Below, piece by piece: positions 12,065-25,624 of a DNA stretch of 63,750 bases. Within the stretch, counting starts at the first letter, position 1, and every line of letters starts with the position of its first letter. Both the position numbers and the translations under genes were made by a program. The stretch is from Lama glama (taxonomy: Eukaryota), in NCBI GenBank assembly GCA_028534125.1, contig CM052829.1, positions 42,844,251 to 42,908,000 on the forward strand, written 5' to 3'. The notes beneath the pieces were generated by a model. It was not told where the DNA came from and did not search any database. It was given only the letters and a program-made list of their open reading frames with translations.

Positions 12065-13607
12065 ATATGTCATCTGCCAACAGTGACAGTTTTACTTCTT
12101 CCTTTCCAATTTGGACCCTTTAATTTTTTTTTCTTGTCTGACTGCTGCGGCTAGGACTTCCAATACTATGTTGAATAAAAGTGGTGAAAGTGGGCATCCT
12201 TGTCTTGTTCCTCATCTTAGATGAAATGCTTTCAGCTTTTCACCATTGAGTATGATGTTAGCTGTGGATTTATCATACAAACCTTTATTATGTTGAAGTA
12301 TGTTCCCTCTATGCCCACTTTCTGGAGAGCTTTAATTATAAACAGATGTCAAATTTTTTCAAAAGCTTTTTCTGCATCTACTGAAATGATCATACAATTT
12401 TTATTCTTCAGTTTGTTAATGTGGTATATCACATTAATTGATTTGCAGATTGAAAATTCCTTGCATTCCTGGCATAAATCCCACTTGTTCATGGCATATG
12501 ATTTTTTTTAATGTATTGTTGGATTTGGTTTGCTAATATTTTGTTGATGATTTTTGGATCTATGTTCATCAATGCTAATGGCCCATTAATTTTCTTTTTT
12601 TGTGTGATACCTTTCTCTGGTTTTGGTACTAGGGTGATGTTGGCCTTGTAGAATGAGTTCAGAAACATTCCCTCCTCTACAATTTTTTGGAATAGTTTAA
12701 GAAAGCTTAGTGTTAATTTTCCTCTAAATATTTGGTAGAACTCACCTGGGAAGCCATCTGGTTCTGGATTTTTGTTTGTTGGGATATTTTAAATTACTGA
12801 TTCAATTTCAGTACTGGTAATTGGTCCTTCCATATTTTCTATTTCTTTCTGGTTCAGTCTTGGGAGATTGCACCTTTCTAAGAATTTGTCCATTTCTTCT
12901 AGGTTGTCCATTTTATTGGCATTTGTTCATAGTAATCTCTTATGATCTTCTTTATTTCCATGCTGTCAGTTGTAACTTCTACTTTTTCATTTCTGATTTC
13001 ATTAATTTGAGCTCTCTTTCTTTCTTCTTGATGAGTCTGGCTAAAGATTTATCAGTTTTGTTTATCTTTTCAAGGAACCAAAACTTAGTTTCACTGATCT
13101 TTTCTATTTTTTTAACCTCCATTTCATTTATTTCTTCTCTGATTTTTATTATTTCTTTCCTCTTGCTAGCTTTGATTTTGTTTGCTCTTATTTTTCTAAT
13201 TCCTTTAGGTGCTAGGTTTGGTTGTTGAGATTTTCTTGAGGTAAGCTTGTATTGCTATAAGCTTTCTTCTTATAAGTGCTTTTTCTGTGTCCCATAGATT
13301 TTTGGATTGCTGTGCTTTCATTTTCATTTGTCTCAAGGTAATTTTTGATTTCCTCTTTGATTTCTTCAGTAATCCATTGTTTGTTTAATAGCATATTGTT
13401 TAGCCTCATCATATTTGTGTTTTTTGTAGCTTTTTGCTTGTAGTTGATTTCTAGTCTCACAGCTTTGTGGTTGAAAAAATGCTTGATATGATTTCAATTT
13501 TCTTAAATTTCCCAAGGCTTATTTTGTGACCTAGCATGTGGTCTATCCTGGAGAATGTTCCATGTGCACTTGAAAAGAATGTGCATTCTGCTGCTTTCAT
13601 ATGAATG

Positions 13608-13610
<3 letters not shown>

Positions 13611-13641
<31 letters not shown>
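13611..13641. repeat. (TG)n microsatellite inside L1
   Basis: Direct inspection. Confidence 0.9.
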
Positions 13642-13644
<3 letters not shown>

Positions 13645-16600
13645 CATGTATCTGTTAAGTCCATCTGGTATTATGTGTCATTTAAGGTCAGTTTCTCCTT
13701 ATTGATTTGCTGTTTGGATGATCTGGCCATTGATGTAAATGAGATGTTAATGTCCTCTACTATTATTGTGTTACTGTCAATTTCTCCCTTTATGTCTGTT
13801 AATATTTGCGTTATGTATTTAGGTGTTCCTATGTTGGGTATATATAATTTACAATTGTTATATCTTCTTCTTTGATTGATCCCCAGATCATTACATAATG
13901 TCCTCTTTTGTCTCTTATAACAGTTTCTACTTTAAAGTCTTTGTCTGATATAAGTATTGCTACCCTGATGGTCTTTTGATTTCCATTTGCCTGGAATACC
14001 TTTTTCCATTCCCTCACTTTCAGTCTGTGTATGTCTTTAGACCTGAAGTGAGTCTCTTGGAGGCAGCATATACACAGATCTTGTTTTTGTATCCATTCAA
14101 CCACTCTATGTCTTTTCATTGGAACATTTGGTCCATTTACATTTATGGAGTCTGGTTGCAGGACCCAGGAGTCCCAGAGCTGTGTCAGATTGCTGGGGGA
14201 TTTGGTGGAGGTTCCTGACACAGTTCAGTTTGGGGCCTGGGGTGACCTGAAGCTTGTGTTGTCCTGCTAGTGGGCAGGAGCAGGGCCAAACTGGTCTCAG
14301 AGTAGGGTCTGGCCTGCTGAAGGGAAGGCTGCCAGATTGTGATTTTCTTGAGTCTGGTGTCCACCCCCTGATGAGTGAAGCTGGTCCAAAGGTTAGAACA
14401 AGCTCCCTCGAGGTCAGGGCCAGATCCAAGGGGATTCTGGGACTGGTGCCTGCCCACTGGCAGGTGGAGCTAGGTCCTGGGCCCTCTGGTAGGTAGCGCT
14501 GTGACGAAAGGTGGTTATAGGCTCAGGAGGTCTTAAGGCAGCCTGTCTCCTGATGGGTGAGACTGTGTCCCTACTCAGTCAGTTGCTTGGCCTGAGGTGC
14601 CCCAGCAGTAGCACCAACAGGCTGTTGGATAGAGCCAGGTCTTGGCTCTAATGAACCAGAGGGAGGATTCCACAATAGTGCTTGCTGGCACCAATGTCCA
14701 CATGGTAGAAGGAGTTCCCAAAAATGTCTGCTGCCTATGTCTATGTTCCCAGGTTAAGCTGCAGTGGCCTCCTGCCTCTCCTGGAGACTCTAAGATCAGC
14801 AGGTAGATCTGATCCAGTCTCCTCTCAAATTACTGCTTCTGAGATTTTGTGTGCACTCCTTATGAATAATGTCTCTATTTCCCCCAGTCCTCTGAGACTC
14901 CTGAAATTAAACCCTGCTAGCCTTCAAAGTCAAATGCTCTGGGAGCTTATCTTCCCATGTACGGTTCTTGGGCTAAGGAGCCTAGTGTAGGGCTCAGATT
15001 CTCTCTCCTTTGGGAGAACCTCTGCAATGTAATTATTTCCAGTTTGTGGGTTGCCCACCTGGTAGTATGGGACTTGGCTATATTGCAAGCCCAACCCTCC
15101 TACCCATCTGGTTGTATGTATGTCTTTAGTTGTAGAAGATCATTTTTGACAGGTTCCAGTGTTTTTCATTGATGGCTCTTCTGTAGTTGTGATTTGGGTA
15201 TGTCCGTGAGAGGAGGTGAGCTCAGGGTCTTTCTACTCTGCCATCTTGGTGAATCTCTCTTCATCTTTTTTTAAATCCCTAAGTAATATGCCACCAAATG
15301 GATATATTACAATTTGTTTATCTATTCACCTACTGAAAGACATTTTTGTTGCTTTAAGTTTTCTGGTAATTATAAATAAGTCTAGTAATACTGGTTGAAA
15401 CAGTGATATGGTGGTATAAAACCTACATAAATTTGGAATAGGTTAGATATAGATAATTACATAATATAGAATAAGGAGGTGTCACAAAAGAAGAGGGAAG
15501 GTTTATTGAATAAATGTTACGTAGATTACTAGTTGACAATTTGAAAATAGCAATCTGCTTAGGATTTCATTTCACATACCTGGCCTACTCAATAGTTCTC
15601 TCCCTGTCCATAAGCTATTTCATAAACAGATTCCTTCATTCACCAAAATAGAAGGTAAATGAAGGGTCGTGAGTAGCAGTATTGATCCCTTTCCCAAGAA
15701 GAGCTACTGTTTTGAGGACAGTGTGCTACTCAAGTGGATAGGACCTGACCAACATGTTGCTATGGCAGAATAGGTAGGTCCATCATTAAGTAGGGGAACA
15801 GCACAAGTCAATTCTGTAGCTTCCTGATGCATCCATAGAAGTCCCTACAGTAGCATCTAGGACCAAAGAAGCTGTTATTTTCTTGTTTCAGTTAGGAGAG
15901 TTTAGGCTGTTTTAGTAACAACCTCAAATCTTAGTGGTTTATAAGAACAAAGGTTTATTTATTATTCATGCTACACAGTCAATGCAGTGAAGTTGGGGTC
16001 TTCTGCTCCTTGCTTCCTCACTATAGGACCCAGGCTAATGTAACAAGCTTCCTTCTTCAGTGTTGCCAATTGCCACAGCCAATAGAAAGAAGGCTTTGAA
16101 ACATCTTGTATTAACAATCAAATGCTCTAGCCCAGAAGATATCTGCTCAAAATTTATTAATCAGAGTTTGTCACATAGTTGCATCTAATCACATGCTTTA
16201 CTAAGCCCACTCCAGCTCTCAGAAGAAAGAGGTGAACTCTATTTGTGGTATATGGTAGTTTTAAGAATTTGGTGCCAGGAAAGCTTAACCTTCTAAAACA
16301 GATAATTATCTTTCTCCTTTTCTGATAATGAGAGTTCTGTAACTACCAATAATAAAGCTACTTAGGTGCCATGAATTCTACATATATTATATGATACTTC
16401 TTATACTTATTATACTTCTTATAATAATTGTAAGGTTTCTACTAGATGAGAACACTGTGGCTTCACGAGGTTAAATAGGGAAATTAGAGATAAATAGTAA
16501 GTGGCAGATCAGGATCTGAACCTCAGGTTGACAGACTAACTTTAGGGTCAAATTTCACAATGGGTCATTTGCTAGCTCCTATGATTAGCATACTTGCTTC

Positions 16601-17919
16601 TTTCTTTTTTTCTCCCAGTCAGTTTTTCCCCTTAATTCTTGTACTAATCTTATGCTTGTAAATATATTTTTTATGTTATCTCAAATATTCTTAAGAACTA
16701 GGGAAAATTATAGCAAGTATAACAAAAGCGTTAATGTCTTATATAAATAACTCATATATTTTGAAAAAGGAAGCATTAAAACTTCAAAAAATCAGCAAGA
16801 AAAACTATAAACAGATAGTCTTGAAAAAAAAGGAGGAAATCTGGTTTTATAAAAAGAAAAATATGTTCAAATGTACTAGTTAATAACAAAAAATTATATT
16901 CAATTAAAATTTCTTTTCAATTTTAGCAAGATTTTGGTATAACTGGGGTACTCATGTATTGGAGAAATCACTATGAACTAACATAGACATTTGGGATATA
17001 ACTGGAACCCACATAAGATTAAAAAAATAATTTTCTTTGACTCAACAATTATAGATATTAATCCCACGGGAAATTTTAAAAGATAGGAAAATGTTAAATA
17101 TGTGAAGATATTTATTATAGTGTTACTTTCACAAATGAAAAATGGAAAGTAACACGGTATGGTTACATTACAAAATGTCTACTCAATGAAATGTGCTTTC
17201 ATTGAAAATTTGAAGTATGAAGACAATCTAGAAACATGAAGAAATATATATTCTAGATATGTTACATGATTACAAGTATGGAAAACGTATATACATCATG
17301 GCAAAAGAATATATAAAGAGAGGTGATTGTGGCTGCTCTATAATGCTGAATAATTATTAGCAAATTTTTCCCTCTTTCCAATATTCATGTAATACTTTTA
17401 TGATTTTTACAGTAATTATAACTTGAAAGAATATTAAATATACTTCATTGCCACGGTCTCTACAATTTACAAACCCTAAGGAATATGCTTTCATTCAGTA
17501 AGACACAAGGGAAAGTAAGGAAAACAGTAATCTTAAGGGCATATGGAGCTTTGTGGAAAACCAGTGAAAAGTCAGGACTCATGATGGTGGGAATACAGGT
17601 CCAGAACTGAGAGTTTATATACAGGGACACTGGATGTGGGCAAGTTTCCCCACATGGGATCCTGCCTAAGTGAGACTTATACCATGGAATGGCAGAGAAA
17701 GACACATATTCTTTGCTTGTCATTCACTCTCAAGAGGAAGGGAAGAGTAGTTGAGCCAAATATTGTTAGTTCTTACAAGAATTTAGAATTGTCCTAAAAT
17801 TTACCAATCAAATAAGTCTCTTTACTAGCTCTGTAGTGAAGTAAGTAAAGGGGTGGAAAGACGCCAGGAGTATTACACTGTGTTCTTCCAATGTGGAAAA
17901 AAAAATTGGGAGTGGAGAA

Positions 17920-19860
17920 CATATTTGAAAATAAGAAAAACTAAAAATAAATGAGCTGAGCATTCAATTCCAGAAGCTACTGTCACCACTACAGCATCAG
18001 TAAATCCCTGTTCCTCAGCTGCAAGGAAGGCTGAGAGAGAAGTTTGGAATATTCTAAGCTCCTATTGAGGAAGCAGTTTTTTATCTTATAACCAGATTAA
18101 CAAAGCGGGAAATTCCTCTAACATAGAAAGGAGTTCAGATGCTGGGTGACCAAAACAAATGATAGGTGTCCACTCAGAAAGAAAAAATAAAAATTGTTGT
18201 TATTTGAATATGCTACAGTAATTTGCATGGAAAATCTAAGGTGATTTATAGGCAAACATAAAATTAATGAGGTTTAATTTCCTAAACACAATTCTAACAT
18301 AAAAATCAATGACATTTCTATAAATCAGCAATAAATAATTAAAAACCTAATAGAAAAAAAAGGTCATCATTCACTACAGTAAATATATAATAAGGTACTT
18401 GTGAATAAATCTAACAAAAGATTTATACATTTTTTAAAGAAGAAAACTATAACATATTATGAAGGATATAAGGAAGGCTTTTTAAAAAATGAAGATACAT
18501 ACTATGTTCTTATTTGGAAAGACTCAACTTCAGGACATGTCAATATCCCAAAATTAGATGTGTAAACTTAAAATAATTCCAATTAAAATCCCACCTGGAT
18601 TTTTATGCAACTTGAGAAACTGATTAAAATGCAAATGGAAGAGTAAATATTTTTAAAAACCTCAAACAATTCTGAAAAAAAATGAACAATGAGGTGGGAC
18701 TATCTCTTTAAAATATTTAGTCATTATAAAGCTTTAGCAATTAAAATAGTTTGGTACTGGTTCAAGAATGTTCAAAGAGATCAGCTGAGTAGAATAGAAA
18801 GTCCAGAAAGAGACTCATGCATTTAGGGGATCTTGATCTATAACAGAAGTGATATTTAAATCAGGGGTAAAAGTCTGGCTGAGCTAATAAATAATGTTGG
18901 AACAATTTACTTTCCATATAGAAAACTAAAATTAAGATTCCTACTTCACACAAAACACAAAAGCAAATTTCAAATAAATGCCAGGTGTAAAAAACCAAAA
19001 CTTTAAAATTATTTGAAGAAAATACAGGAAACATTTTTAGAATGTTGGGTCACAGAAGGTTTCTTAAACTAGAAACAAAAAGCACAAATTATAAAGTCAA
19101 AGAACTGATATTTGGCTATGTTAAAAAATGTTTTTAGTATGACAAAAGACATACAACCAAAATGTAATGAAAAGCACAAACAACTCAATAGGAAGATGGC
19201 CACAGTATGTGAACAGAGACTGAAGAGACTAGGAAACCCAAATGATTTATCAATACGTGAAAAGATGCTTAACCTTATAGGTAATTAGGAAAAAACCAAG
19301 AAAAACAACAATGAGATATCATGTATCGCCAATTAAAGTTGGTATGCAAGCTGAGTAAAGGTAAATCTCTTAAACTACAGGCATAAGTATAAACAGGTAT
19401 AATCATTTTAGAAGAACAATTTGGAAGCATGTAATAATATTTAAATAACTTCTAGGTTTTAGAAACTCTTGCTTATGTACTCAGAGAGACACGTGCAAAG
19501 ATGCTCATTGTTACTTCATTAGTAACACCAAACACCGCACCCCCAAAATTCCTAAATAACCACATACACAAATGTCCATGTATCCACTAGTAATAAAATG
19601 AATGAGTAGAATTTTAAGTAAAATGAGGTAATCCATAGATTGAATATTGAATAGTAGTTAAAAGGAGCTCACTAGATCTAAATATATCAACATGAAAAGA
19701 TGTCAAAAATATAACATTAAGGGGAAAAAAGCAAGATATATAATAATTCACACAAAATAAAACCATTTTTGTAAACTGAAAATATATGTAACATTGTTCA
19801 TATATATGTACTGTTCACTTATAGATATTTATGAAAAAGTATATAATAATTAGCTGGTAA
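17920..19860 (+). mobile_element. Old, highly diverged L1M ORF2/3' region
   Basis: A-rich sequence with degenerate ORF2 motifs (tggaaagactcaa; agaatagaaagtccagaaa; aaaagatgcttaacc). Confidence 0.7.
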
Positions 19861-19870
19861 AATACACACG

Positions 19871-20397
19871 TTGGTAGCCAGCCCCTAACATGTTCTCCAA
19901 TGAATCCTGCCTCCTAGATTTCATGCTCTGGTATAATTTCTCCCCCTTGAGTTTGGTCTGGGCTTAGTGACTTGCTTGTAATGAACAGAAGGACGAGGTG
20001 TCACTTCCAAGGTGAAGTATAAAAAACTGATTTCTTCCTTGTTGGTTCTGGCTCTTCTAATGTTAATAAAGCAATTTGCATGTTGTGGCAAAGAACTAAG
20101 GCAGCCTCTAGCCAAGAGCTAGGAAGGAACTGAAGCTTTCAGCACAACAATCGTCAGGGAACTGAATCCTGCCAACAACCACTGAGTGAACTTGGAAGCG
20201 GATTTTGCCCCAGTTGAACCTGGAGATAACAGCAGCTCAAGCCAACACCTTGACTGCGGTCTTGTGAGAGTTCCTAAGCCTGAGAATCCAACTAAACTAC
20301 ATAGATTCCTGACCCACAGAAACTGTAAGATAACAGATGTTGTTTTAAGCCACCAAATTTTGGGGTCATTTGTTATACAGCAATAGAGACTAATACA
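19871..20397 (+). mobile_element. MaLR LTR (MLT1F-like)
   Basis: ggtagccagcccctaacatg...gaactgaatcctgccaacaaccac...tttgttatacagcaatagagactaataca. Confidence 0.75.
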
Positions 20398-20513
20398 CCA
20401 AATTATGAGGGTTACAGCCTTGATTGTGGGAGGAAGGAGTAGGGGAGCATGGGATTAGAGGAGAAATGAAGGTGAACTTTAAAAATTACTTTTATAAAAA
20501 TGACTTTAAACAA

Positions 20514-20688
20514 CAAATTTATACTGTATAGCACAGGGAACTATATTCAATATCTTATAATAACTTATGGTGAAAAATAATATGAAAATGAATATACGTA
20601 TGTTCATGTATGACTGAAGCATTATGCTGTACATCAGAAATTGATACAACATTGTAAACTGACTATATTTCAATAAAAATATATATAC
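20514..20688 (+). mobile_element. 5'-truncated L1 3' end with 18-bp TSD
   Basis: TSD aaaaatgactttaaacaa at 20496-20513 and 20689-20706; L1 tail motif tactgtatagcacagggaactatattcaat. Confidence 0.85.
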
Positions 20689-23600
20689 AAAAATGACTTT
20701 AAACAAACATTACAAAATGTTAATTGTTAAATCTGGATTGCAGATACATGTGCTTTTCTGTATTTTATTTCTCAAAAAAAGAATAAATTTCCAGTCTCAG
20801 ACTATGAGAAAAACCTGGGCTGAGATGCTATCTTCCAGCTCTCTGGATATCAGAAATACATGTTTTGTTTCCAACTTCAGTTCCACAAAGTTGTTGGGAG
20901 CCTTTCTTGGTGTATTTTTTAAGTTATTATTTCCTTTATTCTTTAAAGAGCTGGTTGCAGGAGATAATGGAAAAGAGAGTAAATTCATTTAAATTTTAAG
21001 TTCAAAATCACCAGATTTCATGAATGATGACTCTATAGGCAGGAGGAATTAAAAATGGAAGGATCATTGATTTATTTTTGAAAACTATTTCATGCTATGT
21101 TGAAAATTCAAATTACCCAAGTATATGCCAAAGAGGTGTAATGAGACAAGTGTAGCAATTACCCTACAATTCAGACAAAAGTCCTGTCCCATGAGAAAGC
21201 AGCACTGGGCTACTTACATTTTTGGTCCTTTCTTTTTCTGATCTTAAGATAAACCCACTTAAAAAATGTTTATTTCACAAGTATATATTTTAAAATTGGT
21301 ATATGATAAAGTAGCAACTTAAATTATTGTATACATCATTTTCATTACTTTTACTACCTGGTCATTGCTCCTCATGCATTCTAGTGATTTACTATAACAA
21401 ATCATATATATTTAAATAATTTGGGTCTATAAAAAGATACTACTTGTGATAATTTAATAATCATACAACTTCAAATGTTAGGCTTTAATTGTAAGGATTA
21501 TTTCCACATTTTATTCCTTTTCTTTGGATTAACCAGCCATTTTATGAGGGCTATCTTGTATTCCTTTTGTGGAAAATCCAGTATATCAGTGTTTCTTTCA
21601 ATTCATAATGAATGTACAATTAAGATTTAATTAGAAGCACACTAGTATAAGAATTGAAAGCTACTCTGAACCTGTAAATGAAATGTTACACTTTTAAATT
21701 GCTCACATGTTGCAACTGACCGTCTCTAAAAAGCTGCCATATGTAAACTTAATTTGAGGTGGAGGTTTTTAAAATAACATGATTGCTTGTTACACTGAAC
21801 CTCTTCCTTGTCATGTGCTCACCAAAAAAGCTCATTTTATATAAAGAAAGACTCACAGATGCTTCAAGGAAGAAAAGGGGAATTTTCACTACACTTGTTT
21901 TACAAAGAACATCCTGTAGAAGTATTTAAGGGTGAGGAGAAAATCTTACACTCATTAGTGCATGTCCTACCTAATTCTCCTCTCCAGTTTTCATAGCTTT
22001 ACAAAGAAGCACATTTGGGAAGTTATTTGTCCATCATACATGAATCAACTTTGAATAAATTCTGAATATGTAGCTGTATATTTAAAGTAATGCTTTAAAA
22101 AACTAATACATTCTATTAAAATTTGTGTCTTCAATACTGTTTCTAATCCCACTAACTATCCCACTAACTTCTTTTCAAACTTAGATATATAATTTCTAAG
22201 ACTGAAGTATAGAGTACATTTAAAGATGATTACGGGCTTTCTCATTTGAATTGGGATTAATTACTTTTCTGAAAGGCAGAATGGAATAGCAACTTAGTGC
22301 AGAGGTTTGAGCCTTAGTGAGGTAAAAGAGAAGAGTTCAGGGCTGCTGAAAATGACCTACTGACATGTCTTGACTATAGGGAGAGAAATGGCTTTATTCC
22401 AAAGTGGATTTCAGGCAGTTATATGTACAACTGTCTAGGGCTTGAAGGGTTTCTGACCACTTGGACTACAAGCAGAGAATTAGTATCTTAGAAAACTAAC
22501 CAATCGATTTTGTTCTTACATCTGGGTCCAGAGGGCTTAATCATGGGATGTAGTAGAGAAATAACCAAGTGCTTATGGTCATTGTGGAGATAAGGACCTA
22601 TAGAAAATTCTAAACATTCAAGGTCTTGACATTCACAGGGAGATTCAGAATTCATGCTCTAAAGGCAGAGCATTTCTGGAAACAACCTATCACCCACAGG
22701 TCTCTTGTCATTAAGGCAATATATTATCATAATCAATATATTTCCTAATAATGGAGCAGATGACATTTTAATATATTTTAAGAGGAAAGTAAAAGGATTT
22801 TAAAGAGATCATTGTTTTAGGGAGATGGCTAACTAACCATGTATGTAGATCTCCAGGAAAGTTGACTTTATTAAACTTGAGCCTTAAATTTCTCTTTCTA
22901 CAGTCTTTAGAATATAAACAGAATAATAGTGGCCATATATAAATTTATTAAAATCACATATTCCCAAGATGGAATTCATTTACTCAGAATTTATTTAAGC
23001 AACTGCTTGTGTATATATCGATACCAACATCTGTATCCATATATTAAGCTCAGAGCATAGATCAGCATGGAAAAACAGAGTTGCTGCCCTGACTTAATAT
23101 AATTCCACTCTAAAACAGAGAAATTTGATATTTTAGGTAGCTTTGTGTCAAGAAAGTATATGATTTCCTTTAGACTTTATGAAATATTGCAAAAAGCTTA
23201 CAGATTTTCAATTCCCTTATGGACTCCTAGATGTCTAGGGAATCTCAGGCTGGAAACCATTGGTTTACGGGGTGAAAATAACTGAGTTACTGCTTGCTCA
23301 TTATGGTCAGTTCAGGTACTATGATCATTGAACTAGATCTCTGCAAAGCTGATCTGGATAATAAATATACATTTGAATTTAAAGACAGCTCAAAATCCAG
23401 GAATAAATTTGCCACAGTCATTTAAATCTTTGTGTAAGAATGGCTCAAATGACCTATATTTAAAAAAAAAAACATACTTATGGGATGTATTAAAGGGATC
23501 CCCAAAAGGCCCAATTGCCTCAAAATTCCTCCTTTTACCCAACCTATCTTAATACCATCCACTTCCTTTTCCACTGCATGGACTCCAGTAGACTACTGTT

Positions 23601-25060
23601 TAAGATCAATTTTCCTTGAGGAGGGCCTTGCAGTAGAGACCTACTAAGTCTGCCGTCCAGCCTCCCTTCTCTGCAAACATCCCCCTTTCCCTCCCATATA
23701 TCTACATGGTCACAGGATAGCCTCTGAGCAGTCACGGTTATAAATTATGATCCCTAACACTTCCCTTGGCTATAGTTTGGGCTGAACAGAGACTCAACCT
23801 TGGAAAATTTGGAATTGAGAATAAAAGATCTGGTCTTTGTCTAAGCTGAAATCTTTAACGCAAGAGATACAAAAAATGTAGCTCATGCCATATTTTCTAC
23901 CATGAAGACTGGATAAAGAGATACACAAAGTGGAACAAAGACAGAGTGTATGGTGCATAGTTTCAGTCCCATCCTGAGACATGGCCTTGGTTTCATCCTT
24001 TATATTTTCTACTTTTTGCTTAAGTTAACTTGAGTTGGTTTCTGTTTCTTAAAATCAAAAGAGTTTCAACAGATAGACTGCCTTGATGGAAGCCTATAGG
24101 CAAGTCCCTCAGTCACATTATTGCCTCTATAAAATCATCCAGTAGTTATTCTCAAATGCACAGAGAATCCAGTCTCTGAAGATCTAGGAATACAGTCAAG
24201 GTACCCAGAGAGTCAAAATGAGATCTTAGTTGACATCGGACAAGTCCAAGGTAGATGGATTGATTGATTTGTTGTAAAACCAAGTAATTACTTTAAATAG
24301 TTGTCAGACTCTTTAAAATGTTAGCAGACTAACAAGAGGGAATGAATAGGCAACTGTCTCCTCCATAGTACTCAGAAAAGCAGAAGAGGTTTTTTTGGGG
24401 TGTGTAATTTCTTTCTCTAATTTTTGGGAGAAAAAAATGACCCAGTCCGCAGTTTTATCACTCAAATACATAAAGCATAGCTCTCCATTCTTCATACAAA
24501 GCTGGGGTGGACACAGCTGGAAAGAACTGAATAATTAAAATATCAATCAGAACAGGGAAGATTAAATAACTTTACTTGAATAGCGCAATTGGGCATAATT
24601 AGAATTGGAAGGAAAATAAAAGTTTACAAAAGAAGCAAAGCAAACAATTTAACATTGGCTGGGTCATCAAGTAAGCGATAATAACAAGTGGTACTTGCTC
24701 CAAATGTTGCCATAGGTAAACTGAAGAGCATCCACTTCTCTGAGACATGTACATTCATACACCTTACCTTGTGTATAACATTTTCCCTTCTGCTTCTGTT
24801 GTCATGTACACAATGAATATGACTAACTTAGAATATTTAAAACTTGGTATTTTAAAAAGCATACTGTATAGAAACAGCATCTTATTGATCTCTCTAGCAA
24901 TCTATATATTTGAGGAAATTAAATGGATAACAAACAATAAATAATAAAACATATTTTGAGATACATAAAACTATAGTATATGGTTATTACTAAGCATTGA
25001 ATAATTAACAAAGTTTTTTTAAAAAAGTACAATCACTTTTCTATTTACAATTAAAGTATC

Positions 25061-25624
25061 TGTATTAGTCAGGATTCTCCAGAGAAATAGAACCAAGAGG
25101 AGATACAACACAGATATAGATATAGATATATATAGAGTGGTGGGGGATGGAGGGATATTTATTATGAGGAAATGCCTCAGATATTATGGAGGCTGAGAAG
25201 TCCTGAGATGTGCAGTAGGCAAGCTTAAGACCAGGAGAATTTATGTGTAGTTATAGTCTGAATCTGAAGGCCTGAGAACCAGGAGAGTTGATAGTGTAAG
25301 TTCCAGTATGAAAGCTGGCAGGCTCGAGACTCAAGAAGAGCTGATGTTTCAGTTTAAGTCCAAAGGCAGGAAAAACAGTCAGTGACCCAGCTTTAAGCAG
25401 TCAGGCAGGATTTCCCTCTTATTCAGCCTTTTTGTTCTATTAGGTCTTTGATTGATTGGATGAGACCCACCTACACTAGGGACAGCAATCTGCTTTACTT
25501 AGTGTACTAATTCAAATGTTAGCTTATCCACAAACACACTCACAGACACACCCAGAATAATATTTGACCAAATACTGGATACCCCATGGCCCAGTCAGGT
25601 TGACACATAAAATTAACCATCACA
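25061..25624 (-). mobile_element. ERVL 3' LTR (MLT2-like)
   Basis: Termini tgtattagtcaggattctccagaga and gttgacacataaaattaaccatcaca. Confidence 0.82.

Larger units (their letters stand above)
9610..15257 (-). mobile_element. Long degenerate L1: 5' UTR, ORF2 and 3' UTR, ORF1 absent
   Basis: ORF2 fragments in the ORF track (ICCLQETHF endonuclease motif; [28 protein letters not shown]). GC-richer 5' UTR-like part 14146-15257 starting ccaagatggc on the - strand. Many frameshifts. Confidence 0.9.

Noticed and set aside
10427..14990. Many 60-150 aa hydrophobic ORFs
   Set aside because: Antisense or frameshifted readings of L1 sequence.
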